Part shown: in pieces, positions 62,304 through 64,000 of the stretch | How the letters are laid out: every line of letters begins with the position of its first letter | Position numbering within the stretch: the first letter of the stretch is position 1 | Assembly: GCA_965203435.1 (NCBI GenBank) | Contig: CBDBCU010000006.1 | Location: forward strand, 38,028 to 102,027 | Reading direction: 5' to 3' | DNA length: 64,000 nucleotides | Source of the DNA: Dehalococcoidia bacterium | GTDB taxonomy: Bacteria > Chloroflexota > Dehalococcoidia > Lucifugimonadales > UBA3495 | The notes under the pieces: model-generated | What the model saw: only the letters and a program-made list of their open reading frames with translations | The model's database searches: none | Told to the model about the DNA's origin: nothing | Program-made: the position numbers and the translations under genes

Positions 62304-62714
62304 CTACCGCTTGGTGTATTGGGGGGCGCGGCGGGCCCGTTTCAGCCCGTACTTTTTGCTTTCCTTGATCCGGGAATCCCGCGTTACCAGCCCCCGCCGG
62401 CGCAGGGCGGCCTTCAGTCCCCCGTCATAGGCAATCAGGGCGCGGGCAATGCCGTGCCGGATGGCTTCGGCCTGGGCATTGACCCCGCCGCCGGCCACCC
62501 GGGCCACCAGCCGGAACTGGCCGCCGGTGTTGGTCACCGCAAAGGGCTCGCCCACCGTGGTCTGCCACGGCTGCCAGTTGAAATACTGCTCCAGCGGCTT
62601 GTCGTTGATCGTCGGCACCCGCCCATCGCCGGGATACAGGCGCACCTGGGCGATGGCCGTCTTGCGCTTGCCGGTTCCGTAGAAATACTGCTGCTGCCCC
62701 TCGCTCTGTACCAA
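62304..62714 (-). CDS. rpsI: 30S ribosomal protein S9
   Basis: YGTGKRKTAIAQVRL..., C-terminal RARRAPQYTKR. TTG start. Confidence 0.95.
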   Translation of the reverse strand: MVQSEGQQQYFYGTGKRKTAIAQVRLYPGDGRVPTINDKPLEQYFNWQPWQTTVGEPFAVTNTGGQFRLVARVAGGGVNAQAEAIRHGIARALIAYDGGLKAALRRRGLVTRDSRIKESKKYGLKRARRAPQYTKR

Positions 62715-62720
62715 AGCGCT

Positions 62721-63167
62721 CTAACCTTCCTTTTCAGCGTTCAGTTGGCCCAACTGGGCCTGGTGGGGATGACTCTCCCCGGCATAGACCTTCAGCCGTT
62801 TCAGCATCTCCCGGCCCAGCTTGTTGCGCGGCAACATCCCCTTTACCGCCAGCTGCAACACCCGATCCGGGTGGTCGGCCAGCAGATCCCGCAGGATAAA
62901 GGACTTCAGGTTGCCCACATAGCCGCTGTGCCGGTAGTAGGTCTTTTGCAGCAGCTTGTGGCCGGTAACCCGCACCTGGGCCATATTCACCACCACCACA
63001 TGGTCGCCGGTGAGGATGTGCGGCGTGTAGTCGGGCCGGTCTTTCCCTTGCAGGGCCACGGCCACATTGCGGGCCAAGCGGCCCAGAGACTGCCCGCTGG
63101 CGTCAATCAGCCGCCAGTTCTGCGGAACTTCCCCGCTCTTGGGAAAGTAAGTGCTGGTGCGTTTCAT
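62721..63167 (-). CDS. rplM: 50S ribosomal protein L13
   Basis: [33 protein letters not shown]...GDHVVVVN...[12 protein letters not shown]. Confidence 0.95.
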   Translation of the reverse strand: MKRTSTYFPKSGEVPQNWRLIDASGQSLGRLARNVAVALQGKDRPDYTPHILTGDHVVVVNMAQVRVTGHKLLQKTYYRHSGYVGNLKSFILRDLLADHPDRVLQLAVKGMLPRNKLGREMLKRLKVYAGESHPHQAQLGQLNAEKEG

Positions 63168-63928
63168 ACCCTTTTAACCTTTGCCCCAAAATCCGGATAG
63201 GTTACTTGAACCAGGCACAGCCCCCCGGCCGGCAGCAACGGCCGCTTTCCCGCCGTTTCGGGAACGCTTTCCCCGGCCAGGATCCGCCGCAGGGTATCCT
63301 CCGGCCAGTGGCCTTTGCCGATTTCCACCAGGATGGCATTGGCCCGGCGGATCTGCTGCCGCAGAAAGCCGTTGCCTTCGCAACGGATAACCACTTCCGC
63401 CCCGTTGCCCTCTACGGCCCACTGATAAACCCGCCGCACCGCGCTTTTATCCGGGGGATGGCCCAACGCCAAGGGGCGGAAGTCGTGGACGCCCACCAGG
63501 TCTTGGGCCGCCTGATTCATTCTTGCTGTTGTTAAGGGTTCCCGGATCCAAGCCCATTCCCGCCGCCGCAACGCCGGGGGTTGCGCCCGGTTCAGGATTT
63601 GATAGCGGTAAATCCGACTGGCCGCGTCCCGCCGGGAATGAAAATCCGCCGTCATCTCCCAAGCCCACTGCACCCGAATATCCGGCGGCAGATAATAGTT
63701 CAGGGCTTGGCGAAAGGTATCCGCCGAATGACGGCTGGCCGTCAGAAAATCCACTACCTGCCCCAAGGCGTGCGCCCCGGCGTCAGTGCGGCTGGCGGCT
63801 CGGATGCGGATGCTTTCCCCGGTCAGCCGATTTAACGCTGTTTCAATTTCCCCCTGGATCGTTGGCCGGTGACTTTGGAGTTGAAATCCGGCATAATTGC
63901 CGCCATCATACTCCACCGCCAGGGCCAT
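63164..63928 (-). CDS. truA: tRNA pseudouridine(38-40) synthase
   Basis: [18 protein letters not shown]...[14 protein letters not shown]...R.YRY. The ATG at 63926-63928 is preferred over the GTG at 63964. The stop overlaps the rplM start (ATGA). Confidence 0.9.
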   Translation of the reverse strand: MALAVEYDGGNYAGFQLQSHRPTIQGEIETALNRLTGESIRIRAASRTDAGAHALGQVVDFLTASRHSADTFRQALNYYLPPDIRVQWAWEMTADFHSRRDAASRIYRYQILNRAQPPALRRREWAWIREPLTTARMNQAAQDLVGVHDFRPLALGHPPDKSAVRRVYQWAVEGNGAEVVIRCEGNGFLRQQIRRANAILVEIGKGHWPEDTLRRILAGESVPETAGKRPLLPAGGLCLVQVTYPDFGAKVKRV

Positions 63929-63972
63929 CCGCCGTTGCGGGAAAGGGGCTTGACCGCTGTCCACCCCGTTCC

Positions 63973-64000
63973 CTAGACCAACTCGATGACGGCCATCTGC
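63973..64000 (-). CDS. rplQ: 3' end of a gene, probably 50S ribosomal protein L17
   Basis: Last codons ...QMAVIELV-stop resemble L17 C-termini, and the position upstream of truA fits the usual rplQ-truA-rplM-rpsI order. Confidence 0.5.

Overview
The window is high-GC (about 65% from spot counts on individual lines), gene-dense bacterial chromosome. Codon style, F420/LLM enzymes and frequent short-leader promoters look Chloroflexota-like, but that assignment is a guess. All function calls come from motifs I recognise by eye; no searches were run. I support about 62 protein genes, one tRNA-Ala(GGC) and one SAM-I riboswitch with its own terminator.

Housekeeping genes: uvrC, argH, rpe, rpmB, pncB, rpsI, rplM, truA and a partial rplQ. 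A SAM-cycle and MTA-salvage cluster runs mtnA, ASST-like gene, mtnP, rhodanese, ahcY, metK.

Two families of structured intergenic repeats occupy nearly every longer intergenic gap.

Accessory regions, most interesting first:
- 21083-27957: all on the minus strand. An MmeI-like single-chain restriction-modification enzyme is followed by two diverged copies of a [target-recognition domain + MazF/PemK-like toxin] module with no antitoxin. Upstream sits a lower-GC pair, a PD-(D/E)xK-like nuclease and a GIY-YIG nuclease.
- 33986-35760: a lower-GC islet directly after the tRNA, carrying two tandem single-HKD PLD-like nuclease paralogues with C-terminal zinc ribbons.
- hicBA and higBA toxin-antitoxin pairs.
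- 61120-61955: a secreted-protein gene split by a 12-nt poly-C tract.
- 35761-37438: a frameshifted sugar-transferase/GT2 locus.

Many long ORFs in the supplied track are antisense shadows of real genes or translations of the repeats, and I reject them. Repeat and hairpin coordinates are good to about +-3 nt.
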